Virus record (IMG/VR): IMGVR_UViG_3300025528_000251
Location: 1 to 31,235 of that record
DNA: 31,235 bases
DNA from: a virus
Lineage: Duplodnaviria; Caudoviricetes
Reading direction: 5' to 3' (one strand)
A model generated the notes under the pieces. That model did no database searches and had not been told where the DNA came from. It saw only the letters and a program-made list of their open reading frames with translations. Positions 17,249 to 26,132 of this stretch are shown here, piece after piece. The position numbers were made by a program, and so were the translations under genes. Numbering within the stretch: the first letter of the stretch is position 1; each line of letters begins with the position of its first letter.

Positions 17249-17821
17249 ATGACGACGCCCTCCGATCTTGAACAAATGCTCGGCGACCTGCTGCGCCTCG
17301 GCACCATCGCAGCCGTGGACCACGCCGCCGCGACCTGCCGCGTTCAAACCGGCGAGGTCCTGACCGGCCCCTTGCCGTGGCTTGCCCCGCGCGCAGGCGG
17401 CGTTGCCGTCTGGTCGCCCCCGACGGTCGGCGAGCAATGCCTCCTGTTGTGCCCGGAAGGCGACACGCTGGCAGGCCTTGTTCTGGTCGGCCTGTTCTCC
17501 AATTCCTTCCCCGCCCCCTCGAGCGATCCGGATCTCGTCCTGGTGCAGTTCCCGGACGAGGCTCTGCTCAGCTACCACCACGGGACGCACCGGCTGGAGG
17601 CCGTGCTGCCCTCGGGCGGCACCGCCCATGTCGAGGCTGACGGGGGCCTGACCATCGTTGGCGACGTCACCATCACCGGCAATGTCAGCATTGAGGGCAA
17701 TGCCACCGCCACCGGCACCGTGACCGGCGAGGAGGATGTGGTCGGCTCCGGCATCAGCCTCAAGAGCCACACGCATGGCGGGGTTGCTGCGGGCAGCGCC
17801 AAGACCGGAGGCCCGGAGTGA
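17249..17821 (+). CDS. V: Baseplate spike protein V
   Basis: LLRLGTIAAVD, LPWLAPRAG, WSPPTVGEQ, C-terminal GISLKSHTHGGV. Confidence 0.94.
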   Translation: MTTPSDLEQMLGDLLRLGTIAAVDHAAATCRVQTGEVLTGPLPWLAPRAGGVAVWSPPTVGEQCLLLCPEGDTLAGLVLVGLFSNSFPAPSSDPDLVLVQFPDEALLSYHHGTHRLEAVLPSGGTAHVEADGGLTIVGDVTITGNVSIEGNATATGTVTGEEDVVGSGISLKSHTHGGVAAGSAKTGGPE

Positions 17822-17895
17822 CCGCCCTGATCGCCCTTGTTTGCGGCTTTGTCGGCCTTGTCCTCGGCGTGCTGATCGAGAGGCACTGGCGATGA
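17818..17895 (+). CDS. 25-aa hydrophobic micro-protein
   Basis: GTG start, MTALIALVCGFVGLVLGVLIERHWR; GTGA overlap with the V stop and ATGA overlap with the W start; GGAGG upstream. Confidence 0.6.
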   Translation: MTALIALVCGFVGLVLGVLIERHWR

Positions 17896-18239
17896 CCGGC
17901 ATGAGCCGCCAGACAGGAGCTGCGCTCGAGGGCGAGGCGCACCTTGCCCAGTCGATTGCCGACATCCTGACCACGCCCATCGGCTCGCGTCTTGCCCGGC
18001 GCGATTACGGCTCGCTCTTGCCCGACCTGATCGACCAGCCGCTGACCCCGGCGCTGACCTTGCGCCTCTATGGCGCGACCGCCGTGGCGCTTGCCCGCTG
18101 GGAGCCGCGCCTGCGCCTCAAGCGCGTCTGGCTCGAGGCCACCGGCACGCCCAGCGCCCGCGTCCTCCACGTCGAGGGCACGCGCCTCGATGTTCCCGCT
18201 CAAACCAGCCTTGTCCGCCTCTCCATCCCGCTGCCCTGA
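17892..18239 (+). CDS. W: Baseplate wedge protein W (gp25 family)
   Basis: GMSRQTG, HLAQSIADILTTPIGSR, RRDYGS, RWEPRL. Confidence 0.94.
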   Translation: MTGMSRQTGAALEGEAHLAQSIADILTTPIGSRLARRDYGSLLPDLIDQPLTPALTLRLYGATAVALARWEPRLRLKRVWLEATGTPSARVLHVEGTRLDVPAQTSLVRLSIPLP

Positions 18240-18250
18240 AGGAGCCCCCC

Positions 18251-19414
18251 ATGAGTTTCAAACACGGCATTACCGTGACCGAGATCAACACCGGCACGCG
18301 CACCCTGACGCCGCTCTCGACCGCCATCATCGGCCTTGTCGCCACGGCATCGGATGCGGATGCTTCGACCTTCCCGCTCGACCGCCCCGCGCTCATCACC
18401 GACATCGAGGCCGCCATCGGCAAGGCGGGCACCACCGGCACGCTGAGGGGCGCGTTGCGCGCCATTGCCGACCAGACCCGCCCGGTTGTGGTCGTGGTGC
18501 GCGTCGCTGAAGGCGAAGACGACGCCGAGACCACCGCCAATGTCATCGGCGACACCATCGACGGCCAGAAGACCGGCATGCAGGCGCTGCTCGCCGCCGA
18601 GGGCCAGCTGGGCGTTCGCCCGCGCATTCTCGGCGCACCGGGGCTGGATACGCAGGCCGTGACCGCCGCGCTCGCCATTGTCGCGCAGAAGCTGCGCAGC
18701 TTCGCCTATGCCCGCGCGCTCGGCGACACTGTTTCCGACGCCATGACCTACCGCGCCAACTTCTCGGCGCGCGAGCTGATGCTCTTATTCCCCGACTTCC
18801 TTGCCTTCGACACCCAGGCCGAAGCGACCGCAACCAGCCATGCCGTTGCCCGCGCCCTTGGCCTGCGCGCCCGCATCGATGAAGAGGTCGGCCCGCACAA
18901 GACCCTATCCAACTTCCCCGTCGAGGGCGTCGTCGGCCTCACCCGCGACATCCAGTGGGATCTGCAAAGCAACGACACCGAAGCGGCGCTCCTCAACTCC
19001 AAGGAAGTGACCGCGCTGGTGCGCACCTCGAGCGGCTACCGCTTCTGGGGCAATCGCACCTGCGCGAGCGAGCCCCTGTTCGCCTTCGAGAGCACGGTGC
19101 GCGTCGCCCAGCTCATCGCCGATACGGTCGGACGCGGCATGGAATGGGCCATCGACAAGCCGCTGACCCCGGCGCTCGCCAAGGACATCGTCGAGACCGT
19201 CAACGGCTTCTTCCGCCAGCTCAAGGCCAGCGGCGTCATCCTCGGCGCAAACGCCTGGTACGACGAGGCGCAGAACAGCATCGACAGCCTGAAGGCGGGC
19301 AAGCTGCGCATCGATTACGACTACACCGTACCCCCGCCGCTCGAAGACCTCGGCTTCAACCAGCGCATCACCGACGCCTACTTCGCCGACTTCTCCAGCC
19401 AGGCTGCCGCCTGA
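18251..19414 (+). CDS. FI: Tail sheath protein FI
   Basis: FKHGITVTE, PRILGAPGLD, GYRFWGNRT, IDYDYTVPPPLEDL. Confidence 0.96.
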   Translation: MSFKHGITVTEINTGTRTLTPLSTAIIGLVATASDADASTFPLDRPALITDIEAAIGKAGTTGTLRGALRAIADQTRPVVVVVRVAEGEDDAETTANVIGDTIDGQKTGMQALLAAEGQLGVRPRILGAPGLDTQAVTAALAIVAQKLRSFAYARALGDTVSDAMTYRANFSARELMLLFPDFLAFDTQAEATATSHAVARALGLRARIDEEVGPHKTLSNFPVEGVVGLTRDIQWDLQSNDTEAALLNSKEVTALVRTSSGYRFWGNRTCASEPLFAFESTVRVAQLIADTVGRGMEWAIDKPLTPALAKDIVETVNGFFRQLKASGVILGANAWYDEAQNSIDSLKAGKLRIDYDYTVPPPLEDLGFNQRITDAYFADFSSQAAA

Positions 19415-19444
19415 GCCCGCCCCCTCGCCTGAAGGACCCCTGCC

Positions 19445-19957
19445 ATGGCATTGCCCCGCATCCTCACCGACCTGATGCTGTACAACGAAGGCCAGTCCTA
19501 CATGGGACAGGTCACCAGCGTCACCCTGCCCAAGCTCACCCGCAAGACCGAAGACTGGCGCGGCGGCGGCATGTCCGCCCCGGTCAAGCTCGATATGGGG
19601 CTCGAAGCCCTCGAGATGGAGGCCACCTTCGGCGGCCCGATGCGCGACATCCTGCGCCAGTTCGGCCTCGTTGGCGTCGCAGGCGTCTTCATGCGCTTTG
19701 CCGGTTTCTACCAGCAGCCGGACACCGGCGCGCAGGACGCCATCGAAGTGATCGTGCGCGGCCGTCACGACGAGATCGACATGGGCGAAGCCAAGCCGGG
19801 CGAGGCTGGCGAGTTCAAGGTCAAGACCTCGCTCGCCTACTACAAGCTCGTCTGGAACGGGCGCACCGAAATCGAGATCGACCCGCTGAACCTCGTTGAG
19901 ACCATCAACGGCGTCGACACCATGGCCGCCCGCCGAGCCGCCCTCGGCTTCTTCTGA
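19445..19957 (+). CDS. FII: Tail tube protein FII
   Basis: MALPR, TLPKLTRK, RGGGM, EIDMGEAKPGE, YYKL. Confidence 0.96.
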   Translation: MALPRILTDLMLYNEGQSYMGQVTSVTLPKLTRKTEDWRGGGMSAPVKLDMGLEALEMEATFGGPMRDILRQFGLVGVAGVFMRFAGFYQQPDTGAQDAIEVIVRGRHDEIDMGEAKPGEAGEFKVKTSLAYYKLVWNGRTEIEIDPLNLVETINGVDTMAARRAALGFF

Positions 19958-20010
19958 TCCTGACGCCCCGGCCCGGCCGGGGCGCTATCCCCTGACTCGT
20001 GGAGCATCCC

Positions 20011-20334
20011 ATGACCGAGAATACCCCAGCCGCAGCTCCGGCTGTCGAGACCCGCACCGTTACCCTCGACCAGCCGCTGAAGCGCGCCGAGACCGAAGTC
20101 ACCACCATTACCCTGCGCCGCCCCAAGGCGGGCGAGCTGCGCGGCCTCAACCTGCGCACGCTGAGCGAGCTGGATTACACCGCGCTGGAAAGCCTGCTGC
20201 CGCGTATCACCACGCCGATGCTCTCCAAGCAGGAGGTGGCCGAGCTTGATCCGTCCGACCTGATGCAGCTGGGCGCTGAGGTGGTGGATTTTTTGCTACC
20301 GAAGAAGGTGAAGGCGGGCTTGCCCCAAGCCTAG
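20011..20334 (+). CDS. E: Tail assembly chaperone E
   Basis: VTLDQPLKR, PKAGELRG, LPRITTP, LDPSDL; GGAG RBS. Confidence 0.92.
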   Translation: MTENTPAAAPAVETRTVTLDQPLKRAETEVTTITLRRPKAGELRGLNLRTLSELDYTALESLLPRITTPMLSKQEVAELDPSDLMQLGAEVVDFLLPKKVKAGLPQA

Positions 20335-20462
20335 ACGAGGTGATGGCCGACATCGCCTCGGTCTTTCACTGGCCGCTCTCGGAGATGAACGCCATGGCCA
20401 TCAGCGAACTGATGGCCTGGCATGCCCGCGCCGCCGCCCGCGCTAAAGCCCCTGACAGGTAA
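20289..20462 (+). CDS. E' extension reached by -1 frameshift at TTTTTTG (20289-20295)
   Basis: Same slippery heptamer as P2 gene E; the -1 frame is open to TAA 20460-20462 and encodes MADIASVFHWPLSEMNAMAISELMAWHARA (GpE' family). Confidence 0.88.
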   Translation, partial: FFATEEGEGGLAPSLDEVMADIASVFHWPLSEMNAMAISELMAWHARAAARAKAPDR

Positions 20463-20468
20463 GATCCC

Positions 20469-22880
20469 ATGAGCCGTGACCTGCGCCTTCGCGTTCTGTT
20501 CGAGGCCCTCGACAAGGTGACCCAGCCCCTGCGCGAGATCGCAGGCGGCTCGAGTCAGGCCTCCAAGGCGCTGCGCGACACCCAGACCAAGCTGCAGGCC
20601 CTCAACCGGGCGCAAGGCGACGTCTCGGCCTTCCGCAAGCTGAAGCAGGAAGTGGGCGACACCGAACAGGCGCTGAAAGAGGCACAGACGCGGGTCGCGG
20701 CCTTGGCGCGGCAGATGCAGGCAACCGACGCGCCAACGAAAAAGCTGAAGACCGAGTTCGAGCGGGCCAAACGCGCAGCGGCCAGCCTCAAGACCGAGCA
20801 TCAGGCGCAGAGCCGCCAGCTCCAGCAGCTGCGCGAGCGCCTGAGCGCGGCGGGCATCCCGACCAGCCAGCTGGCCGAGCACGAACGCCGCCTGCGACAG
20901 GAGGTCAGCCGCGCCAACGACCAGCTGCAAGAGCAGACCCGCCGCCTCGATGCCGTTGCCAACCGCTCCAAACGGCTGGCGGCTGGGCGCGAGGCCTTCG
21001 GCAAGGTGCAGGGCGTCGCGGGCCAGACCGCGCTGGCCGGGGCCGCATCGATTGGCGGCGGCATGGCGCTCGCCGCGCCGCTGACCGGCGCAACACAAGA
21101 GGCGATGACGTTCGAAAGCGCCATGGCCGACGTGCGCAAGGTCGTCGACTTCCCGACCCCTGCCGCCTTCAGGGCGATGTCGGATGACCTCCTTAATCTG
21201 TCCACACGTGTGCCAATTGCCGCCGATGGTCTTGCTCAAATCGCAGCAGCAGCAGGGCGTGCAGGCGTAGCACGCGAGGAGATTGTCGCTTTCACTGAAG
21301 ACGCGGCCAAGATGGCCGTCGCCTTTGAAACAACCCCAGAGATTGCTGGCGAGATGATGGCCAAGTGGCGCGCTGCGTTCAGCTTGGGGCAGAAGGAGGT
21401 GGTGAGCCTTGCCGACAAAATCAACGCGCTGACCAACGCCTACGGCGGCAACGTCCAGGCAATAACCGAGATGGTCACGCGCATTGGTCCTCTCGGTAAA
21501 GTTGTGGGGCTGACCGGGGCAGAGCTGTCAGCCATAGGTCAAGTAATCAATGAGGCAGGCGTCGAGGCGGAGGTTGGTGCCACCGGCATCAAGAACATGA
21601 CGCTCGCACTGACCAAGGGCGCATCGGCAACCAAGAGCCAGAAGGAGGCCTTCAAGGCGCTCGGCCTGAATGCAGCAGGTGTAGCTAAGTCCATACAGAT
21701 GGACGGCTCTGGCACCATTATTGATGTCTTGCAGCGAGTAGCCAAACTCGCACCCGAACTGCAAGCCGCCACCCTGAGCCAACTGTTTGGCACCGAATCG
21801 ATTGCTGCCATCTCCCCCCTGCTTAACAACCTCGATCAGCTGAAGGAGAACCTCGCGCTGGTCGGCGATGCCGCCCGCTACGCCGGGTCAATGGAGCAGG
21901 AATTCCTCACCCGCATCGCCACGACCGAAGGCGCGACCGGACTGGCCCGCAATGCCTTCAGCGCCCTCAACATCACGTTGGGGGAGAAACTCCTACCGAC
22001 CGTTGTCGACTTCGCTCAAAAAGGTCGTGATCTGCTCAACCGCTTGCGCGCCTGGGCGAATGAGAACCCGCGTCTGGTCAAGGGTATGCTCTGGGCCGCT
22101 GGTGTTCTCTCCGGCCTTTTACTCGGCTTTGGCGGGCTGGCGCTGGCCATCACCGCCCTGCTCGCCCCCTTTGCCGCGCTCGCCTTTATCGCGGGCGTCT
22201 TTAACATCGCCATGCTGCCGATGGTCGGGATTGTTCTGGCAGCAATTGCCGCAATTGCCGCTTTTGTGGCCATTGGCCTCTACCTCTACAACAACTGGGA
22301 GCACATCGCGGCATGGTGGCGCGAACTGTGGGACAGCATCGCCCTCACCGTCAGCAGTGCGCTGAGCAGCCTCTCCGGCATGTGGCAGAGCTTCAAGGCG
22401 TTCGGAGCCAACCTCATCGACGGCGTGATCAACGGCATCACCGGCAAGCTGAAAGCGCTGAAGGACACCGTGCTCGGCGCGGCGACATCCGTGCGCGACT
22501 GGTTCAAGGATGCGCTCGGCATTCGCTCGCCCAGCCGGGTGTTCATGGGGCTGGGCGGCGACGTCATGGCGGGTCTCGATCAGGGCCTCGATACCGGAGC
22601 CACCGGCCCGCTCAACCGCATCCGCGACCTGTCCGGCCAGCTCACCCGCGCCATGGCCGTTGGAGCAACCGCGCCCGCGCTCCTGGCCGCAAGCCCGAGC
22701 GCCGCAGGGCCAGCAACATCCCCTGCCCTGATGGCTGCGCTACCTGCCAGCGGCAACACCTACAACCTGACCATCAACGTCAACGGGCAGAGCACCCCGG
22801 CCGACATCGAGCGCGCCGTGCGCAGCGCCATCGAGCGCATCGAGCGCGAACGCTCCGCCCGCACCTTCCGCGACAACTAA
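20469..22880 (+). CDS. T: Tail tape measure protein T (TP901-type core)
   Basis: 803 aa, Ala-rich helical; FESAMADVRKVVDF; hydrophobic segment; LGIRSPSRVF. Confidence 0.95.
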   Translation: MSRDLRLRVLFEALDKVTQPLREIAGGSSQASKALRDTQTKLQALNRAQGDVSAFRKLKQEVGDTEQALKEAQTRVAALARQMQATDAPTKKLKTEFERAKRAAASLKTEHQAQSRQLQQLRERLSAAGIPTSQLAEHERRLRQEVSRANDQLQEQTRRLDAVANRSKRLAAGREAFGKVQGVAGQTALAGAASIGGGMALAAPLTGATQEAMTFESAMADVRKVVDFPTPAAFRAMSDDLLNLSTRVPIAADGLAQIAAAAGRAGVAREEIVAFTEDAAKMAVAFETTPEIAGEMMAKWRAAFSLGQKEVVSLADKINALTNAYGGNVQAITEMVTRIGPLGKVVGLTGAELSAIGQVINEAGVEAEVGATGIKNMTLALTKGASATKSQKEAFKALGLNAAGVAKSIQMDGSGTIIDVLQRVAKLAPELQAATLSQLFGTESIAAISPLLNNLDQLKENLALVGDAARYAGSMEQEFLTRIATTEGATGLARNAFSALNITLGEKLLPTVVDFAQKGRDLLNRLRAWANENPRLVKGMLWAAGVLSGLLLGFGGLALAITALLAPFAALAFIAGVFNIAMLPMVGIVLAAIAAIAAFVAIGLYLYNNWEHIAAWWRELWDSIALTVSSALSSLSGMWQSFKAFGANLIDGVINGITGKLKALKDTVLGAATSVRDWFKDALGIRSPSRVFMGLGGDVMAGLDQGLDTGATGPLNRIRDLSGQLTRAMAVGATAPALLAASPSAAGPATSPALMAALPASGNTYNLTINVNGQSTPADIERAVRSAIERIERERSARTFRDN

Positions 22881-22892
22881 GGGATCCCCGCC

Positions 22893-23300
22893 ATGCACCT
22901 GATGGCCCTTGGCCTGTTCGTCTTCGAGATCCCGACCCTCGCCTACAGCGAGCTGCAACGGCGCACCGACTGGCGGCATGCCCGCGCCGCCCGCATCGGT
23001 GCCCGCGACGCGACCCAGTTCGTCGGCCCCGGCGAGGACACCATCTGCCTGCAAGGCGCGGTCTATTCCGAGATCACAGACGGCCCGGTCTCGCTTGAGA
23101 CCTTGCGCGAGATGGCCGACCAGGGCGAGGCCCTGCCGCTGGTTGACGGCACCGGCACCGTTCTGGGCAGCTACGTCATCACCGCGCTCGATGAGCGCCA
23201 CAAGGCCTTTCACGACAACGGCCGCCCGCGCCGCATCGACTTTGCGCTCGACCTCTTGCGCGTGGCCGATCCGGATGGCGAAGCCGAGGCCACGGCATGA
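22893..23300 (+). CDS. U: Tail protein U
   Basis: LMALGLFVF, QFVGPGEDTI, PLVDGTG, RRIDFALDL. Confidence 0.94.
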   Translation: MHLMALGLFVFEIPTLAYSELQRRTDWRHARAARIGARDATQFVGPGEDTICLQGAVYSEITDGPVSLETLREMADQGEALPLVDGTGTVLGSYVITALDERHKAFHDNGRPRRIDFALDLLRVADPDGEAEATA

Positions 23301-24307
23301 GCGAGTACCGCCACAACATGCCCGACTGGCGGGTGACGCTGGAAGGCGCGGACCTGACCGGCAAGCTGCGCCCGCGCCTCGTCTCGCTGTCGCTCTCCGA
23401 GAAGCGCGATGACGAGGCCGACCAGCTCGACATCGTGCTCGAGGACACCGACGGCGGGCTGGCCCTCCCCCGCCCCGGCGCGGTGCTCACCCTGGCCTTG
23501 GGCTGGAAGCAGGGCCGCGACGTCACCCCCGGCCTTGTCGGCAAAGGCAGCTTCAAGGTGGACGAGATCGAGCACTCCGGCCCGCCCGACGAGATCCGGC
23601 TGCGCGCCCGCTCGGCCGACCTCACCAGCGCCATTCGCCTGCGCCGCGAGCAGAGCTGGCATGAGACGACGCTGGGGGCGGTTCTAAGTGACGTTGCCGG
23701 TCGCAATGGCCTCTCGGCCCGCATCGCGCCGGAGCTGGCCGCCGTTGCCGTGCCGACGCTGTGCCAGAGCCGGGAGAGCGACACCGCCCTGCTGCGGCGC
23801 TTGGGCAGCGAGCATGACGCCGTGGCCACCATCAAGGCCGGGTGCCTGATCTTTGCTCGCAAGGGAGCCGGAACGACGCCCGGCGGCAAGCCGATTCCTT
23901 TGCTGACCATCCTCCGCAAGGAGGGCGACCGGCACCGCTGGTCCCGCCAGACGCAGGACGAAAAGGCGGGCGTCACCGCCTACTGGCACGACACGGGCGA
24001 AGCCAAACGCCAATCGGTGACGGTGGGGGAAAAACAGGGAGCCAAGCGCCTGCGCCGCACCTTCGCCAGCGAGGCAGAGGCCAAACGCGCCGCCATTGCC
24101 GAGCGCGACCGCCTCAAGCGCTCGCCTGCCACACTCGATCTCCAGCTCGCCTTCGGCCGACCCGACGCCTACCCCGAGCAGCGGGTGAACGTCAGAGGCT
24201 TCAAGCCCGAGATCGACGCGGCCACTTGGCTCATCACCGAGGTCAGCCACCGCCTCGACAGCAACGGCGGCTTCACCACGGATTTGCGGATGGAGACAGC
24301 GCCTTAA
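23297..24307 (+). CDS. D: Baseplate hub / late control protein D
   Basis: EADQLDIVLED, GSFKVDEIEHSGPPD, QSRESD, GFKPEID, GFTT. Confidence 0.94.
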   Translation: MSEYRHNMPDWRVTLEGADLTGKLRPRLVSLSLSEKRDDEADQLDIVLEDTDGGLALPRPGAVLTLALGWKQGRDVTPGLVGKGSFKVDEIEHSGPPDEIRLRARSADLTSAIRLRREQSWHETTLGAVLSDVAGRNGLSARIAPELAAVAVPTLCQSRESDTALLRRLGSEHDAVATIKAGCLIFARKGAGTTPGGKPIPLLTILRKEGDRHRWSRQTQDEKAGVTAYWHDTGEAKRQSVTVGEKQGAKRLRRTFASEAEAKRAAIAERDRLKRSPATLDLQLAFGRPDAYPEQRVNVRGFKPEIDAATWLITEVSHRLDSNGGFTTDLRMETAP

Positions 24308-24978
24308 CCTCGAAGGCCTGACAACACCTGTCGGCAGAAGCCAGGGCTCCAACCGTGGCCATCAGCGCCGCAGTATTCGGCAGCGGCATCTCTGCCCGCC
24401 ATGCCTCCGAAGCTGATCTTATCTCCAAGATCCAGCACTCGATTAGTGGGAACAGCGCCGTAGTCGACCCCGCGAAGATCATCGGCCTTGAATGTGATGT
24501 TGAAAACCTGCGCCCGACTTTCCTCGCCGGACACGCTCACCATCGGTAAGGTGAACCAGAAATTGATCCGTTCGATCTCTGGCGGAATTTCAGGAGAACC
24601 TTTTTTCAATGCCTTGCCAACTTCCTCGATCACCATAGCAGCTTGTGTCGGCATATCCTTGGCCGACCAGCTTTGCTTCAGGTCAACCTTGATGCTGGCG
24701 TAGCTGGTCGCCTCTGTGACCTTCACGTGAGCGATCTGAGAGTCGACAGCCGCAATGGTTCCTGCTGGAGCAGCCTCTTTTTCAGGCTCACCGCTGTCTG
24801 GCTTGGGCATAACAATGACCATGGCAACGAATAGGGCAAATGCCACACCCAACCCCTGAACTGCTTTCTTGCGGCTACCCAGTCCTACCTTTGGCAATGG
24901 TCGAACCAAGGCAATAATCGAAGCTGACAGCACAGCGGCGGATGCCAGGAAAAAACAAACAGTCAGAAAAATACTCAC
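24304..24978 (-). CDS. Membrane-anchored hypothetical protein, candidate superinfection exclusion
   Basis: Two N-terminal hydrophobic helices, then a soluble domain with a C-terminal Cys pair; AAGGGGG RBS before GTG; lower GC; downstream of and co-oriented with cI. Confidence 0.8.
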   Translation of the reverse strand: MSIFLTVCFFLASAAVLSASIIALVRPLPKVGLGSRKKAVQGLGVAFALFVAMVIVMPKPDSGEPEKEAAPAGTIAAVDSQIAHVKVTEATSYASIKVDLKQSWSAKDMPTQAAMVIEEVGKALKKGSPEIPPEIERINFWFTLPMVSVSGEESRAQVFNITFKADDLRGVDYGAVPTNRVLDLGDKISFGGMAGRDAAAEYCGADGHGWSPGFCRQVLSGLRG

Positions 24979-25060
24979 GTTTACCCCCTTTAACCGAATT
25001 CAGGGCCGCATTTTTCGGCTGCAGAGGGTTAAGCAAGCCATAACGATGGTGCAATGAGGC

Positions 25061-25726
25061 CTACAGCCTCCGGATCACCGCGACGACGCGGCCGATGACG
25101 TGCATCTCGCCATCCACGGCAATCTCAGGCGGCACGCGGTCGTTATCGGAGAGGATCTTCACCGAGCCATCAGGCATCGGCCGCAGGCGCTTGATCATGC
25201 CGGTGATGCCGTAAGCGATAGCCCAGATCTGATCCGCGAAGCGAGGGTTCTGGTCTGCCGTATCAATCAGCACCATGTCGCCGTCGAGCAGTGTCGGGGC
25301 CATTGAGTCGCCTATGGCACGGGCGAAGAACAGCTTCTCCGGGTTGCTGCCTGTGTAGAACCGTAGCCAGGCGAGCGGGAAATGCCGGGTCTGGGTCACG
25401 ACAGGGCTGTCGAGGTAACTCGCACCCATGCCGTAGGACAGGTCAAGCTCCTTGATCTCCACCAGACCAAGGTGCTCCGCCATCATGGCCACCGTAGGAA
25501 GCGGCACTGCGCCTTCCTGTGGATCGTCGGTCTCGCCGGTCAGGTATTGCGGCGTGGTGCGAAGTTCACGCGCGATGACATGGAGGTGCTTTGATCCTGC
25601 CGCCTCCCCCAGCAGCAGACGACTGATCGTCGGCTGACGAACACCGACACGACGAGCCAGCTCGGACTGAGACAGCCCAAGCTCTTCCATTTTCATTCGA
25701 ATGCGCTCGCCAAGAATCTCTGTCAC
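25061..25726 (-). CDS. CI-like repressor (XRE HTH + S24 autopeptidase)
   Basis: LSQSELARRVGVRQPTISRL; GDSMAPTL (Ser) and MIKRL (Lys); VIGRV. Confidence 0.95.
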   Translation of the reverse strand: MTEILGERIRMKMEELGLSQSELARRVGVRQPTISRLLLGEAAGSKHLHVIARELRTTPQYLTGETDDPQEGAVPLPTVAMMAEHLGLVEIKELDLSYGMGASYLDSPVVTQTRHFPLAWLRFYTGSNPEKLFFARAIGDSMAPTLLDGDMVLIDTADQNPRFADQIWAIAYGITGMIKRLRPMPDGSVKILSDNDRVPPEIAVDGEMHVIGRVVAVIRRL

Positions 25727-25734
25727 CGGCCAAA

Positions 25735-25804
25735 ACTATACGAAAACAAATAACGAACTGCTAAATTTTTACGTATTGCCATGCTATACGTATTCGTATA
25801 TGCC
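25735..25804. promoter_or_regulatory. Immunity region with operators and divergent promoters
   Basis: Perfect TATACG-TATT-CGTATA (25785-25800), degenerate copies at 25737-25752 and 25768-25783; rightward TTGCCA-17-TATGCC; leftward TAGCAG-17-TATAGT. Confidence 0.7.
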
Positions 25805-25811
25805 TATAGCC

Positions 25812-26132
25812 ATGGACATGAAATCGACCCCGTATGAGGCATTAAAAGCCTGCATCGATAAGGCTGCCTCACAGAGCGCCTTGGCACGTGATCTTGGCGT
25901 GTCCCAGCCTACCGTTTGGCGGTGGCTGAAAAGCTCCAGGCAAATGCCCGCTGAGTATGTCCTCACGGCCGAGCGGCTTTACGGCGTCTCCCGCCACCTG
26001 CTCCGACCTGACATCTACCCTGTCGATCTCCCGCCCTTCGCCCCGAATGCGCCCACCGTATCAATGGCGACCTGCGAAGGCCCGTGCGATCCACATCTGA
26101 AATTGCAATCCGGTGAAGGGGACATGGCATGA
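25812..26132 (+). CDS. Cro/YdaS-like HTH regulator
   Basis: SQSALARDLGVSQPTVWRWL, GVSRHLLRPDIYP; divergent from cI; start 25812 or 25818. Confidence 0.9.
   Translation: MDMKSTPYEALKACIDKAASQSALARDLGVSQPTVWRWLKSSRQMPAEYVLTAERLYGVSRHLLRPDIYPVDLPPFAPNAPTVSMATCEGPCDPHLKLQSGEGDMA

Noticed and set aside
19964-19984. CGCCCCGGC-CCG-GCCGGGGCG hairpin after FII as a terminator
   Set aside because: No U tract and it lies mid-operon; at most an mRNA stabiliser
3088-24352. Long antisense or alternative-frame ORFs (e.g. 3088-4407, 4098-5096, 6036-8072, 14875-15921, 18955-19899)
   Set aside because: Shadows of high-GC3 phage genes; the recognised proteins are in other frames
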